64,000 nt of DNA from Gammaproteobacteria bacterium (GTDB lineage: Bacteria > Pseudomonadota > Gammaproteobacteria > UBA4575). Location of the stretch: the NCBI GenBank assembly GCA_965222615.1, contig CBDCUI010000008.1:224001-288000 (forward strand), given 5' to 3'. Below, in pieces: positions 50,262 to 61,650 of the stretch. The translations under genes and the position numbers were made by a program. The notes beneath the pieces were generated by a model. The model saw nothing but the letters and a program-made list of their open reading frames with translations. It was not told the origin of the DNA and did no database searches. The stretch's first letter is position 1, and each line of letters begins with the position of its first letter.

Positions 50262-51611
50262 ATGCAGTTTTTAGTCTATTTGCTCTTTGCAAGTATTTTT
50301 CTGCTTGATTTTCTGGAGCGGTACGATTTTATCGTTCGCCAAATGACATGGATACCTGAGTTGTTATCGATGGTTGCCTTACTTATTGTGCTACTCAGAG
50401 CATCAAGACAAAAAGTAGTTTTTATAAGCTTTCCCTACCTCATCCTTTTCTTGATGATTGGCTTACATATACTTTTGGGTGTGATATTAAACAATACACC
50501 TCTATTTGCTTTGTTTAGTGGAATTCGTGCTTATTTTAGGTATCTTCCGTTTTTTCTGCTGCCGGCGGTATTTGCATTTAGTGAGACCGATATGGCAAAA
50601 CAATTAAAGCTGTTACTTATATTTTCTATTTTGCAATTACCTGTTGCTCTCTATCAACGTTTTATAGAGTCAGCAGGTTTATTGACAGGAGATTATGTGG
50701 GTGGGACCTTGCAAAATCCTGCACATTTATCCACTTATTTACTTTGTGCAGTGTCTTTTGTTATAGCTTTTTATCTGAAAAAGAGGTTATCACTTGGTCA
50801 ATTCTGTATATTGCTGGTTATACTGTTTTTACCAACAACACTTAATGAATCAAAAGGCTCATTAATTTTATTACCTTTCGCTTTATTAGCGCCTGTGTTT
50901 TTTTTAGGCCGTGGAAAAAAGAGGTTAAAAAATTTAATGGGTATAGGGTTAATAGGGATAGTTTTTCTGAGTGTATTCATTCCTGTATATGACCATTTTA
51001 TGAAGCCACGATGGGGGTATGGGATAGTAGAGTTTTTTACTACCGAAGGGCGAGTTTTAGGTTATCTAAAAAAGAGTGAGCGTAAAATAGAAGAAGGGAA
51101 AGAAGGGCGTATTGATTCAATCATTTTGTCTTATGAGGCACTCTCGAAAGATCCTGTAAAGCTTGTTTTTGGATTTGGTATCGGTAATGTATCCAAGTCA
51201 TTTCTAGGGGATAAATTTGCAGGAGAATACAATGAGACGTATGGGGAATTGAAGGGTCCAACTCTACCTCATCTACTTTGGGAAATTGGGTACTTGGGAG
51301 CCGCATTCATGATTGTGTTTTGTTTTTTGATTCTACGTGATGCGCTATACCTTAGAAATCAACCCGGGTTAGTGAGCGCTATTGGGCTAGGATGGGCTAG
51401 TGTCATGATAGTATTCATGGTAGCTCTTATGTATAAGAATATGATTTATTCAAATGTTCTAGGGTATCTGTCGTGGTATTTTTCCGGATATGTGATGGCT
51501 ACTGCAGTGCGATTTAGAGCTTTCGCGCATAATCCATTATCGACAATAGAGCAGCAATCTTCGCTGCATGATCAGCAGAGAAAAAGAACAGGTTTAGCTA
51601 ATCTCAGGTGA
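50262..51611 (+). CDS. Wzy polymerase / O-antigen-ligase-like integral membrane protein
   Basis: About 10-12 hydrophobic segments, NESKG, periplasmic loop with FGFGIGN, WEIGYLG. Confidence 0.7.
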   Translation: MQFLVYLLFASIFLLDFLERYDFIVRQMTWIPELLSMVALLIVLLRASRQKVVFISFPYLILFLMIGLHILLGVILNNTPLFALFSGIRAYFRYLPFFLLPAVFAFSETDMAKQLKLLLIFSILQLPVALYQRFIESAGLLTGDYVGGTLQNPAHLSTYLLCAVSFVIAFYLKKRLSLGQFCILLVILFLPTTLNESKGSLILLPFALLAPVFFLGRGKKRLKNLMGIGLIGIVFLSVFIPVYDHFMKPRWGYGIVEFFTTEGRVLGYLKKSERKIEEGKEGRIDSIILSYEALSKDPVKLVFGFGIGNVSKSFLGDKFAGEYNETYGELKGPTLPHLLWEIGYLGAAFMIVFCFLILRDALYLRNQPGLVSAIGLGWASVMIVFMVALMYKNMIYSNVLGYLSWYFSGYVMATAVRFRAFAHNPLSTIEQQSSLHDQQRKRTGLANLR

Positions 51612-51712
51612 TATGGTTGGAAATTTCTAAAACTGCCGAAGCATACTTATAAATTAGAATGTTTACTCATTAGATACTGTCACATACCTAGTACCAATAT
51701 AGATACAAAATC

Positions 51713-52561
51713 ATGCAGTCGGAGAAGAATGGAACGTATTTAAAGAATGAAAGAGAGATTCTGGCGTTTGCACATATAGGCAAAACTGGTGGAACAACCT
51801 TAATACATATTCTTCGGCATAATTATTTTGCTAGATGTATTGATGTTGTACCGTTTTCAAAAGTGGACGATAAAATTTTTCGTGCAGATGATATGAGAAA
51901 AATTTTGCGAATAAATCCGTTTACAGAATGTATAATGGGGCATTCTGTTAAACCACATAGTGATCTAACAGAGACATTCCCCAACGTTAAATATATCACA
52001 TTACTAAGAGACCCTATTCACAGGTGTATATCACAATATCAGCAACGTGTTAGAAAATATGGGTTTGTAAATTTTGAGGAATTTCTCACTCGTGAGTGGT
52101 TACGTAATTTGCAAACTAGATTTATCGCTGGAAGAGAAGATATAACTCAAGCAAAAGCAATATTATCTGAAAGGATTTCTCTTGTAGGGTTATTAGAGAA
52201 CTTTGATGAATTTTTAGTATTACTTTCAAAGAAAGTATTACCGAAAACTTTTAATCCAGCATATAAAATTAAACGTGAATCAAAAAACAAGGATGCTAAG
52301 AATAGACTACTACGCAAACATTTGGAGCAGATTAAAGAATTGCATCAACTTGATTTGGAGCTATATAAATATGCCAAAGAAGAGCTGATTCCTGAATATA
52401 AAAAGTCATATGGTGATAGTTTTGAGCGCGATGTTCAAAATTTTAAGCAAGCAAATCAGGCAATAAATCGCACAAATGGAAAACACTATGCGGATTACTT
52501 GCTTAGAAAACTATATTATGAGCCGGCAAAAGCATTTGTCAGGTTACTTCCAATGGCGTAA
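51713..52561 (+). CDS. Sulfotransferase, Sulfotransfer_2-like (no. 8)
   Basis: HIGKTGGTT, GH, LRDPIHRCISQY, LDLELY. Confidence 0.87.
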   Translation: MQSEKNGTYLKNEREILAFAHIGKTGGTTLIHILRHNYFARCIDVVPFSKVDDKIFRADDMRKILRINPFTECIMGHSVKPHSDLTETFPNVKYITLLRDPIHRCISQYQQRVRKYGFVNFEEFLTREWLRNLQTRFIAGREDITQAKAILSERISLVGLLENFDEFLVLLSKKVLPKTFNPAYKIKRESKNKDAKNRLLRKHLEQIKELHQLDLELYKYAKEELIPEYKKSYGDSFERDVQNFKQANQAINRTNGKHYADYLLRKLYYEPAKAFVRLLPMA

Positions 52562-52662
52562 TCTCAAAACGAGTGTGTTTTGACCGTTATACTAAAATTA
52601 ATTTGCTATACAACACATAACGAGACCAAGGTGCGGACTGAGGCAAGGTTTTAGAGAAGCGG

Positions 52663-53535
52663 ATGACACTGCCAAACTTCATTATTATAGGTGCTAAAAA
52701 AGCTGGCACTACCTCATTATATAATTATTGCGATCAGCATCCAGATGTGTATATGAGTCCATTAAAAGAAGCGCGATTTTTTATGTACGATGAGACTAAT
52801 CCAGAACATCGAAGAAAGCCAAATCAAGTATTTCCAATAAGAACCACCGATCAGTATCAAGCGTTATTTGCTGACGCAAGAGGTCAGAAAATACGTGGTG
52901 AAGCATCGCCCGGATATCTGGTTAGTAGAGTGGCTCCAGATAAAATGCATGCTCTAATTCCGAACGTAAAACTAGCAGTGAGCTTACGTAATCCAGCTGA
53001 CCGCGCATACTCGAACTATTTGATGAGAGTACGTTCGGGTCAAGAGATATGGTGTTTAGATAATATTGTTAATGAGCAAGCTCACTGGTTACAAACAAGT
53101 TTCTACTATGAGAATATAAAGAGATATTTTGACCTTTTCTCACATGAACAAATCCACGTTATTCTTTATGACGATCTCAGAAGAGATGGGGTATATGTAG
53201 CAAGAGACTTATACAAATTTTTGGGTGTAGATGAGCAATTTCTTCCAGATGTATCATTCCACTATAATGTTAGTGGTATTCCAAAAACTAAATTATTGCA
53301 CCGAATATATAGTAGACTTTATCAAAATCATCCTAGATTTAAAATTATAGTTAAAAAATTCTTGCCTCAAAAAGTGCGTCGCACGGTTACTAAGATAAGG
53401 CAATCTAATTTAAAGAAACCACCCTCTCTTCCACCTGCTTTACGCAATGAGTTAGTTAGATATTACAAGGAAGATGTGTTGAGGTTGCAGGAGTTGATTC
53501 AACGTGATCTTTCAGGCTGGCTGCAAACTTCGTGA
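52663..53535 (+). CDS. Sulfotransferase (no. 9)
   Basis: PNFIIIGAKKAGTTSL, KEARFF, GEASPGY, LRNPADRAYS. Confidence 0.93.
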   Translation: MTLPNFIIIGAKKAGTTSLYNYCDQHPDVYMSPLKEARFFMYDETNPEHRRKPNQVFPIRTTDQYQALFADARGQKIRGEASPGYLVSRVAPDKMHALIPNVKLAVSLRNPADRAYSNYLMRVRSGQEIWCLDNIVNEQAHWLQTSFYYENIKRYFDLFSHEQIHVILYDDLRRDGVYVARDLYKFLGVDEQFLPDVSFHYNVSGIPKTKLLHRIYSRLYQNHPRFKIIVKKFLPQKVRRTVTKIRQSNLKKPPSLPPALRNELVRYYKEDVLRLQELIQRDLSGWLQTS

Positions 53536-53789
53536 AACAGATCGCTACTCGAGTAACATTGTAGCAATATAATTATTTAGGGTACTAGTTCTTAGGTTAA
53601 AAAGTGTTTTCCTGAGTTAATCATTCTACAGTTAAAGCACTGGGAATAAAATTGAAAGGCGGTTTATGTACTTTACTGATGAAGATGTTTTTTTAAGCTA
53701 AGCTTACTTAATATGGTAATTTTAATATAGCTTGGGCTTACAATTAACTGAAAGGGCTCGAGTTAATATAAAAGAAGCTTGATTGTATA

Positions 53790-54887
53790 GTGATGACTGG
53801 TAATAAAAAACTAAGGATCTTAATGTTTGGACCTGCCCTTGATGCTGCATCAGGTATAGCAGCTGTAGTGAATAATTGGAAGATTGCGGAGTTAGATGAG
53901 TTTGTTAGCTTAAGATATATTCCCACTATAGATTTTAATGGTCCTGGCCGATATTTTTTAAAACTAAGTAATGGAATTCGTTCATACATAAAATTTCTAC
54001 TTACAAAGCAAGGTGATTACGATTTAATTCATATACACCTCGCTCATGGCACAAGTTTTTACCGAAAGTTTGTAATTTTCTTAATAGGATATTTAAGAAA
54101 AGATTTAATACTTATTCATTTGCATGGCTCGGATTTTGAAATATTTTATACAACAGGTGGACGCCTGCGGAAAAAAATTATTTCATGGATGTTTGATCAT
54201 GCAAATGCATTAATCGTATTATCTAAAAAATGGAAAGAATTTGCTCAGAGTATATGCAGTAACGATAGCATTTATATACTATATAATGGAGCGCTTCCAG
54301 AATTATTTGCACCAAAAATTTGCAACTCAAATAAAATTAACATTTTATTTATGGGAGAATTAGGAGCGCGAAAGGGTTCTTATGATTTAGTAAATGCATT
54401 TAATTCAATGTGTAATAAAATTCCTAATGTTTTCCTTATTCTTGGGGGGGATGGTGAAATTGATAAAACTCGTATTCTAATTAAGAAAAAAGGTATATAT
54501 AACAAAGTAAAGTTAAAAGGTTGGATATCTGGAAAAGAAAAAATTGATGCATTTCGAAATGCCGATATATATGTATTGCCTTCTTATAACGAAGGGTTGC
54601 CTGTTTCAATCTTGGAAGCTATGGCAGCTGGATTGCCGATTATTTCCACCCCAGTAGGTGGTATATCTGAGGCTGTTATTCAAGGAGTGAATGGGTATTT
54701 AATACATCCAGGTGATTGTAATTCATTATCAGAGGCTCTTGAAAAACTCTGTAGTGATGATCAATTGAGAAAACGTATGGGTATAGAAAGCCTTCGGTTG
54801 GTCAATGAAAATTTTCATTTAGTTAAAATTGTTGGCGAACTTGAAAAGATCTATAAACAAATATGGAAAGCTAAATTAGTAAACTAA
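53790..54887 (+). CDS. Glycosyltransferase family 4
   Basis: RKG, LPSYNEGLPVSILEAMAAGLPIISTPVGGI. Confidence 0.93.
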   Translation: MMTGNKKLRILMFGPALDAASGIAAVVNNWKIAELDEFVSLRYIPTIDFNGPGRYFLKLSNGIRSYIKFLLTKQGDYDLIHIHLAHGTSFYRKFVIFLIGYLRKDLILIHLHGSDFEIFYTTGGRLRKKIISWMFDHANALIVLSKKWKEFAQSICSNDSIYILYNGALPELFAPKICNSNKINILFMGELGARKGSYDLVNAFNSMCNKIPNVFLILGGDGEIDKTRILIKKKGIYNKVKLKGWISGKEKIDAFRNADIYVLPSYNEGLPVSILEAMAAGLPIISTPVGGISEAVIQGVNGYLIHPGDCNSLSEALEKLCSDDQLRKRMGIESLRLVNENFHLVKIVGELEKIYKQIWKAKLVN

Positions 54888-55274
54888 TCTATATTCAATG
54901 CCCTGGTCTTTATATAGGATTGAAGTAAAATATTTGCTGTAATACTAATTTTAAAAGGCGCCTAAAATACTAGTATAGGAATTGAGACATCATACGCATA
55001 TTTATTTAAATGATATTCTATAGTTACATTCTTATTATCAACCACCACATTTTTAATCAATATATTACTACAAGGTAATTTCGAATATGATGATTTTTCA
55101 TAAGTTAGGTTATGAATTGGTATTACTAAATTTACCCCAAATATTTGTAGTAGCCTGATGAGTCAAACTCAAATTTCATTCTGTTTGTAAGTTTGTGTGT
55201 ACCAACATCGTAGAATCTGATTGGGACTTTTGCTTTTAGTACTCTATAAAACATTTGAAAGAAGGAAATAATTA

Positions 55275-57167
55275 ATGTGTGGTATAGCTGGTGTTATTGG
55301 AGCGCAGGGTGCTGATTGGATTAAGGCAATGGTGAATGTCCAATCTCATAGAGGGCCTGATGATTATGGAAGTGTAGTTTTCAATGATAAAGGGGTTTCA
55401 CTAGGACATAGACGATTAAGTATCATCGACCTTAGTCCTGGTGGTCACCAGCCGATGGCAAATTCTAATAAAGACATTTGGGTAACATACAATGGAGAAA
55501 TTTATAATTATAAAAATATTCGTACTGAACTAATACAAAAAGGGCATAAGTTTCGAACACAAAGTGACACTGAAGTACTTCTATTAGCTTATGAAGAATG
55601 GGGTGAAAAATGCCTTGAGAAATTCAATGGGATGTTTGCTTTTGCTATATACGACTCTCGTAACAACAAAATATTTGCGGCTAGAGATCGCATTGGAATT
55701 AAACCTTTTTATTATTATCAAAAAGATGAACTGTTTGTTTTTGCTTCAGAGATAAAAGCTATTTTTGAATGTCCATTAGTCATAAAACAGCCTGATTATG
55801 CGGCCCTCATGACTCCTGCAAGATACCAGGTGCATCCGTGCACAGGGTTCAAAAATATTTTTAAATTACTACCGGCACATTACATCGTTTATAAAAATGG
55901 CAAGCTGACAATAAATCGGTATTGGGATTTTAACATTCAAGAACAAGGACATGGGCGGCTTGATGATCTTACTGCAGAGCTAGATGAACTAATCAATGAT
56001 GCGGCTCAAATGCAAATGATTGCAGATGTGCCTGTTGGAGCATTTCTTAGTGGAGGTCTGGATTCCTCTCTAATTTGCGCTTTAATGAGGAAAAATACAG
56101 AGCAGGATCTTCATGCGTTTACGATTCGATTTTCAGATAGTGATCAAAAGCATGAAAGGATGCCAGATGATAGTTACTATGCCAAAAAGGTTTCACGGCA
56201 TCTTGATTTCAAATATCACGAATTCGAAATTAAGCCTGATATAGAGAACCTTTTAACTAAACTGATTTGGCATTTGGATGAGCCGCTATCAGATTCTGCT
56301 GCAATTAATACATACTTAATGTCTAAGGCTGCACGTGATGAAGGCATAGTAGTATTGCTAAACGGCATGGGGGCAGATGAAGTATTTGGTGGATACCGAA
56401 AGCATATGGCTTGTTTGCATGCTGAACACTATCAGAAAATAATACCGGGGTTTCTTCGAAAAATAATTGAGAACTTTTTTGCCTCGATACCTGTTGCAAC
56501 TACATCTAGAGGGTTTAAAACTCTTCGTTGGGCAAAACGATTTTTTTCTTTTGCCTCTTTGTCTCAATTAGAGCGATATTTAGCTTCAGATTTAGCCTTG
56601 TCTAAAGAGCAGTTCGAACAGTTAATGAGGCATGCCCATTATAAAGAATCGATATATTATAAAAAACATGAAGAGTATTTTAATGAATACGAAAGTAGCT
56701 TACTCACAAAGATGTGCATTAATGATACAAAACTATTTCTACCTGAGCATAATCTTACATACACTGATAAAGCAACTATGGGAGCAAGTATAGAAAGTCG
56801 CCCACCTTTAACTGATCATCGTGTAATCGAATTTATGTTTTCACTTGCTCCAAAATTTCGTATTAATAATCTACATCAAAAGTTTCTATTAAAAAAAGTA
56901 GCAGAAAAATATCTCCCCCACGATATCATTTACCGACCAAAAGCATCATTTGGATCACCTTTGAGGAGTTGGATTCGAGGCGCACTTGCGCCTATGATCG
57001 CTGATATTCTTTCGGAAACTAATATACAGACAAGAGAACTTTACAACCCTAAAATGGTTGCAAAGATTATTGAACAAAATCGTAAGGGACTCGAAGATAA
57101 TTCACTAGTTATCTTAAATATCCTGACAACTGAACTTTGGTATCGAATGCACTTTAGTAGAACGTAA
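55275..57167 (+). CDS. asnB: Asparagine synthase (glutamine-hydrolysing)-like amidotransferase
   Basis: MCGIAG, HRGPD, LGHRRLSIID, NGEIYN, FLSGGLDSS, GADEVFGGY. Confidence 0.94.
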   Translation: MCGIAGVIGAQGADWIKAMVNVQSHRGPDDYGSVVFNDKGVSLGHRRLSIIDLSPGGHQPMANSNKDIWVTYNGEIYNYKNIRTELIQKGHKFRTQSDTEVLLLAYEEWGEKCLEKFNGMFAFAIYDSRNNKIFAARDRIGIKPFYYYQKDELFVFASEIKAIFECPLVIKQPDYAALMTPARYQVHPCTGFKNIFKLLPAHYIVYKNGKLTINRYWDFNIQEQGHGRLDDLTAELDELINDAAQMQMIADVPVGAFLSGGLDSSLICALMRKNTEQDLHAFTIRFSDSDQKHERMPDDSYYAKKVSRHLDFKYHEFEIKPDIENLLTKLIWHLDEPLSDSAAINTYLMSKAARDEGIVVLLNGMGADEVFGGYRKHMACLHAEHYQKIIPGFLRKIIENFFASIPVATTSRGFKTLRWAKRFFSFASLSQLERYLASDLALSKEQFEQLMRHAHYKESIYYKKHEEYFNEYESSLLTKMCINDTKLFLPEHNLTYTDKATMGASIESRPPLTDHRVIEFMFSLAPKFRINNLHQKFLLKKVAEKYLPHDIIYRPKASFGSPLRSWIRGALAPMIADILSETNIQTRELYNPKMVAKIIEQNRKGLEDNSLVILNILTTELWYRMHFSRT

Positions 57168-57252
57168 ACAATACGTTTTATACTGTCCAAGAGTATAGAT
57201 GGATGTAATTATCAGCTTTTACAAGTTTTTTGAAAAATTTTAGAGGGTTGCC

Positions 57253-59445
57253 ATGAAACAAATTAGCCAGAACTATAAAACTGGGCGAATAAGTTTAGAG
57301 GAGGTAAACGCCCCTGCGGCTAAAGGGGGAGGTATTCTGGTTCAGACGCAATTTAGTGTCATTTCTGCAGGTACAGAAGGAATGAAAGCCAAAGAAGGTA
57401 ATATGTCTTATATAGGTAAGGCCAGAGCTAGACCTGATCAGGTTAAGAAAGTAATTCAGTCTGTTCAGCAACAGGGCCTTAAATCCACTTACGAAAAGGT
57501 AATGAATAAATTGGACTCGCTTACACCGTTGGGATACTCGTTATCAGGTGTAGTTATTGAAGTTCAACCAGGTGCAGAGGAGTTTCAACTTGGACAACGA
57601 GTTGCTTGTGCAGGAGCAGGTTATGCAAATCATGCTGAAGTTAATTTCGTGCCTAAAAATTTAGTAGTGCCAGTTCCAGATAATGTAGCAATGGAACATG
57701 CCGCTTTTACTACTATTGGAGCAATTTCAATGCAAGGTTTTCGTCAAGCGCAAATGCAGCTTGGTGAAACGGCATGTGTTATTGGCTTAGGTCTACTTGG
57801 TCAGTTATTGGTACAGATACTCAAGGCGTCAGGTGTAAATGTAATAGGGATTGATCTAATGAAGTCTCGCTGTGAATTGGCAGAATCTTTAGGTGCTACG
57901 TTTGCTATGATCCCTGATGATTCAGGACTTTTAAATAGTATTAATAGGGTAACCAATAATATTGGTATTGATTGTTCATTTATAACTGCTGGAGGAAATA
58001 CAAACGCACCTATTGAACTTGCAGTCAAAATAGCTCGAGATCGAGGGCGAATAGTAGATATAGGTAAAACAAAGCTTGATTTAATGTGGAATGATTTTTA
58101 TGAGAAAGAGTTAGATATAAAATTTTCTCGCTCATATGGTCCTGGTCGTTACGATCCAAATTATGAAGAAAACGGAACTGATTATCCTATTGGTTATGTA
58201 CGCTGGACAGAACAACGAAACATGTCTTCTTTCTTACAATTAATTAGTGAAGATAAAATCTTAATAGATCCAATAATAACTTCAGTTCATCCTTTTTCTG
58301 AAGCCGAGAAAGTTTACACTGACCTTATAAAAGGAAAAGATTCAGTATTAGGTATTGTATTTAAACATGCAGAACAAGTTTCTGCTAATAAATCATTACC
58401 TGAGTTTAGCGATAGTTTAAAAGTTAGTAGAGAAAAATCTAACAAACAATATGTTGGGCTAGGTGTTATAGGAGCAGGTAATTATGCATCAAGCATGTTG
58501 CTACCACACTTGGCTAAAATAGATGAAGTGGAGTTTAAAGTAGTTTCCACAGCAACGAGTTTATCAGCTGCTAATGCAGCTAGAAAATTCAACTTTGAGC
58601 GAACCAGTACAGACTATAAAACCGTCTTAGATTCTCAGGATGTAGATGCAATTATAATTGCGACGCGTCATTCGTCTCATGCATCGATGGTTGCTGAAGC
58701 ATTGTATACAGAAAAGACTGTTTATGTAGAAAAACCTCTAGCAATTGATTTAAATGGACTTGAATTAGTGCGCCATGCAGTTAGCGAAACTGGCAATGAA
58801 CGTCTAATGGTGGGTTTTAACCGAAGATTTTCACCTTTAATGAAAAAGATAATTGATTTGGTCGATGAAAATTCCAAACCACTAGTAGTCAACTATAGAG
58901 TTCATGCGGGACAAATCGAATCAGGTTCATGGTATTTAGATCCTAGTCATGGGTCACGATTTGTGGGTGAGGCAGGCCATTTTTTTGATGTGTTTTCCGC
59001 TATTATCAAGGCGCGTCCAATATCTGTGATGGCAAGGTCATTAAGGCCAGAAAAAATTACTCATGATGATATGGAAAATGTTTGTGTGCTAGTCAATTAC
59101 GAGGATGGTTCAGTAGCAAACTTATCTTATTTAACTCAGGGTGGAGCAAAATTACCAAAGGAGTACTTAGAGATCTGTGGGGGGGGAAAGACAATACAGC
59201 TGCATAATTTTGAACGTGTTGTCATTTACGATCAAAATAAAAAGTATGTACATAAAACAAAAGGATTAGATAAAGGTCAATATGAAGAAATGAATGAGTT
59301 CATATCATCCATTATAAATAATTCGGTTATGCCTATATCTCTAGAAAGTATATTTGATACTACCCTTCTAACTTTGGCGACTGAAAAATCATTAGTTGTT
59401 GGAAAAGTAATAGATTTGGCCGAGTATTGGACAGAGTTGGAATAA
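57253..59445 (+). CDS. Bi-domain oxidoreductase (MDR/Zn-ADH-like + Gfo/Idh/MocA)
   Basis: ISAGTE, PLGYS, GLGLLG, SRSYGPGRYD; second domain IGAGNYA, VEKP, VGFNRRFSP. Confidence 0.9.
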   Translation: MKQISQNYKTGRISLEEVNAPAAKGGGILVQTQFSVISAGTEGMKAKEGNMSYIGKARARPDQVKKVIQSVQQQGLKSTYEKVMNKLDSLTPLGYSLSGVVIEVQPGAEEFQLGQRVACAGAGYANHAEVNFVPKNLVVPVPDNVAMEHAAFTTIGAISMQGFRQAQMQLGETACVIGLGLLGQLLVQILKASGVNVIGIDLMKSRCELAESLGATFAMIPDDSGLLNSINRVTNNIGIDCSFITAGGNTNAPIELAVKIARDRGRIVDIGKTKLDLMWNDFYEKELDIKFSRSYGPGRYDPNYEENGTDYPIGYVRWTEQRNMSSFLQLISEDKILIDPIITSVHPFSEAEKVYTDLIKGKDSVLGIVFKHAEQVSANKSLPEFSDSLKVSREKSNKQYVGLGVIGAGNYASSMLLPHLAKIDEVEFKVVSTATSLSAANAARKFNFERTSTDYKTVLDSQDVDAIIIATRHSSHASMVAEALYTEKTVYVEKPLAIDLNGLELVRHAVSETGNERLMVGFNRRFSPLMKKIIDLVDENSKPLVVNYRVHAGQIESGSWYLDPSHGSRFVGEAGHFFDVFSAIIKARPISVMARSLRPEKITHDDMENVCVLVNYEDGSVANLSYLTQGGAKLPKEYLEICGGGKTIQLHNFERVVIYDQNKKYVHKTKGLDKGQYEEMNEFISSIINNSVMPISLESIFDTTLLTLATEKSLVVGKVIDLAEYWTELE

Positions 59446-59515
59446 GATAAACGAAATATAAGAAAATCCGATAATTGTGTTCACACTGTGATTTAAATAA
59501 ATTATTGAAGTAAAA

Positions 59516-61483
59516 CTAAGAAGAAAATGTTGGTTTGAAATGAATGATAGATTCGGTACTATTTTTTAATGTTCCCTCGAAGACAAGTCTGGGAGCGGTC
59601 ACAATATGGTTAAATTCTTCAGAATACCAGCCTTGTATCGGTTGTTGCTGCCCTTGTTTAATTGAACTTTTCAAATAATCTGTTGGGCTTTCTACTTTTA
59701 ATATACTTTTATTGCCTTGAAAAATAATCCATACATTATTTTGCTTAACAATCTTTAACTCGGGATGTATTAAAAAACCAATTTCTACAGGTAACTCATT
59801 AGCAACACCATGTAGACTATCTTTGACAATAAAATTCCCGTTTGAATGTTGTTGTACTTGTCGTCTATGGCGAGCATTAAATTTTTTTTCATATCCGTCA
59901 TGTTCTGCGATAAGATTTAAATACTCTGTTTCACTATCATATTTAAGTAATATGCTATTTGCCTTTGTCCCCCAGTTAAAAGTACCTGAAATTTGACTTG
60001 AGTCTTTTCCATCAATAGATAAAGTATTGTGTGCCAATGTACTGCGCATATAATCACGCCAATGGCCTCCAGAATGATAAAGGTAAGTTCCAGCATCAAC
60101 TAAAATAGGAAATCCATTAATGTGAAGCCATATTGCTAGAGCATCTGCATGACCATGTGCAGCTATAGATAAATAACCAAGAGGACCATGGTCAATCACG
60201 AGAAGATATTCGGTATCATTCACATGAGTCCTAGAAATTGTATATCCTCCTTGTTTAAAGCATTTAACGCCTTGTAAAGGTTTGAATACATAATTAGTTT
60301 TCCCAAATACTGCTTCACGCAGATGTGGAACATAGACTGGAGGAGATAAATCTTTTCGTTGGGCCGAACTTGCAATACAAGAAAGTATAGACGTTACATA
60401 TAGCTCATTTGAGATTTGAGAATAAATTACTTTTCCTTCATCATCATCACCTATGCGTGGTTGATTACCACGTTTATCGGTTAACCAACGAATAAACTCA
60501 CCCGCTTTCTCGATACGATGCCAATATTGATGCGGAAAGTCATCATCGAGCTGTTTACCAACTATGCCACAAAGAAGTAACCATTCAAGTGTAAAAGCTG
60601 TATAAGTCGGTGACTGTTCTGCTCCAACTCCATCTTCATAAATTTGTTTAGATACTTCTTTAATTAGAGTCTTCTTGCCATATGCTCTCCATTTATCAGC
60701 ACTTAACATATAGGGAGCTAATTTACCTAACAGATATAAAGCACTAGCTTCCGCAATAAGGTGGTTATTGGCAGAGGAATATCGTGATGGGAACCGCATT
60801 AGCCAATAACCGTGAAAAGCTAATGACATATGGATTTTATTTTTTTGCTGTGAAGTGAATAGACTATCATCTACAAGAGAGATAACTATCAATATGCTGA
60901 CAACTCTACAAGCAAGTTCAATGCCTGATGCCCAGTTGATCCCTTTGGTTGGAGAGTTATTGTCTATCCAGTCTTCTATTTCACTGAGGCAAAATTTTGC
61001 AAGCTGTTCATTTTTATCTAAAACAGATAAAGCTGCTAATGGCTGTAAATATTGAAGTCGATTTAATTCCCAAACATATTTTACATCTCCAAATTCTTTT
61101 GTATTTCTATAATTAATTTGGAAACAATAAGTATTATAAGGCCATTGTTTTTTTGAAATTGGATCTAGGTGCCAGATACTGGATGTAGAAATATCAGGCC
61201 AGTCAATGCCTAAAAACTGGAAATGTTTATTAATGGTCGATTTGGCTAAATCTCTCCATTCTTGTACTAATTTATCATTATTTTGAAAATTATTTAATCC
61301 ATCCCCAATGCCTGGAAGTTTTGGTAGACTGAGATTTTTATCGAAATCATAGATAAGGTTTGGGATATAAGAACGAGACACTATACGTTTCCATTGCTCT
61401 TTAAATCGGTGCAGAATTTCTAGAAACGACATCGAAGAAAGCCGCTTTCTGTGCCATCGTAGTCGTAACAAGAAATTATTCAC
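59516..61483 (-). CDS. Heparinase II/III-family protein
   Basis: DVKYVWELNRLQ, SANNHLIAE, DGVGAEQS, IGDDDEG, AHGHADAL, DAGTYLY, RSTLAHNT, HDGY. Confidence 0.9.
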   Translation of the reverse strand: MNNFLLRLRWHRKRLSSMSFLEILHRFKEQWKRIVSRSYIPNLIYDFDKNLSLPKLPGIGDGLNNFQNNDKLVQEWRDLAKSTINKHFQFLGIDWPDISTSSIWHLDPISKKQWPYNTYCFQINYRNTKEFGDVKYVWELNRLQYLQPLAALSVLDKNEQLAKFCLSEIEDWIDNNSPTKGINWASGIELACRVVSILIVISLVDDSLFTSQQKNKIHMSLAFHGYWLMRFPSRYSSANNHLIAEASALYLLGKLAPYMLSADKWRAYGKKTLIKEVSKQIYEDGVGAEQSPTYTAFTLEWLLLCGIVGKQLDDDFPHQYWHRIEKAGEFIRWLTDKRGNQPRIGDDDEGKVIYSQISNELYVTSILSCIASSAQRKDLSPPVYVPHLREAVFGKTNYVFKPLQGVKCFKQGGYTISRTHVNDTEYLLVIDHGPLGYLSIAAHGHADALAIWLHINGFPILVDAGTYLYHSGGHWRDYMRSTLAHNTLSIDGKDSSQISGTFNWGTKANSILLKYDSETEYLNLIAEHDGYEKKFNARHRRQVQQHSNGNFIVKDSLHGVANELPVEIGFLIHPELKIVKQNNVWIIFQGNKSILKVESPTDYLKSSIKQGQQQPIQGWYSEEFNHIVTAPRLVFEGTLKNSTESIIHFKPTFSS

Positions 61484-61650
61484 AGTTTTATGAAGTCAAA
61501 TATGATAGAAGATAGTTGCATAATTTATAAAAAAATTGTCATGATAGATTAATTATACGAACTTTCTTAGTATTCATTAGTGTTAATTCCTCTATAATTA
61601 TTTTATTAGGATGTACTTTTATATAAAACTTTAAGATCAGGTATAAATTA

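Noticed and set aside
59179-59186. G8 tract (also G7 at 54444, T9 at 24951 and 47102) as phase-variation switches
   Set aside because: The tracts are short, frames are intact, they encode ordinary Gly/Lys/Phe runs, and A/T runs are expected at this base composition.
59446-61650. Invertible segment around the reversed heparinase gene
   Set aside because: No flanking inverted repeats were found by eye and no recombinase is nearby.
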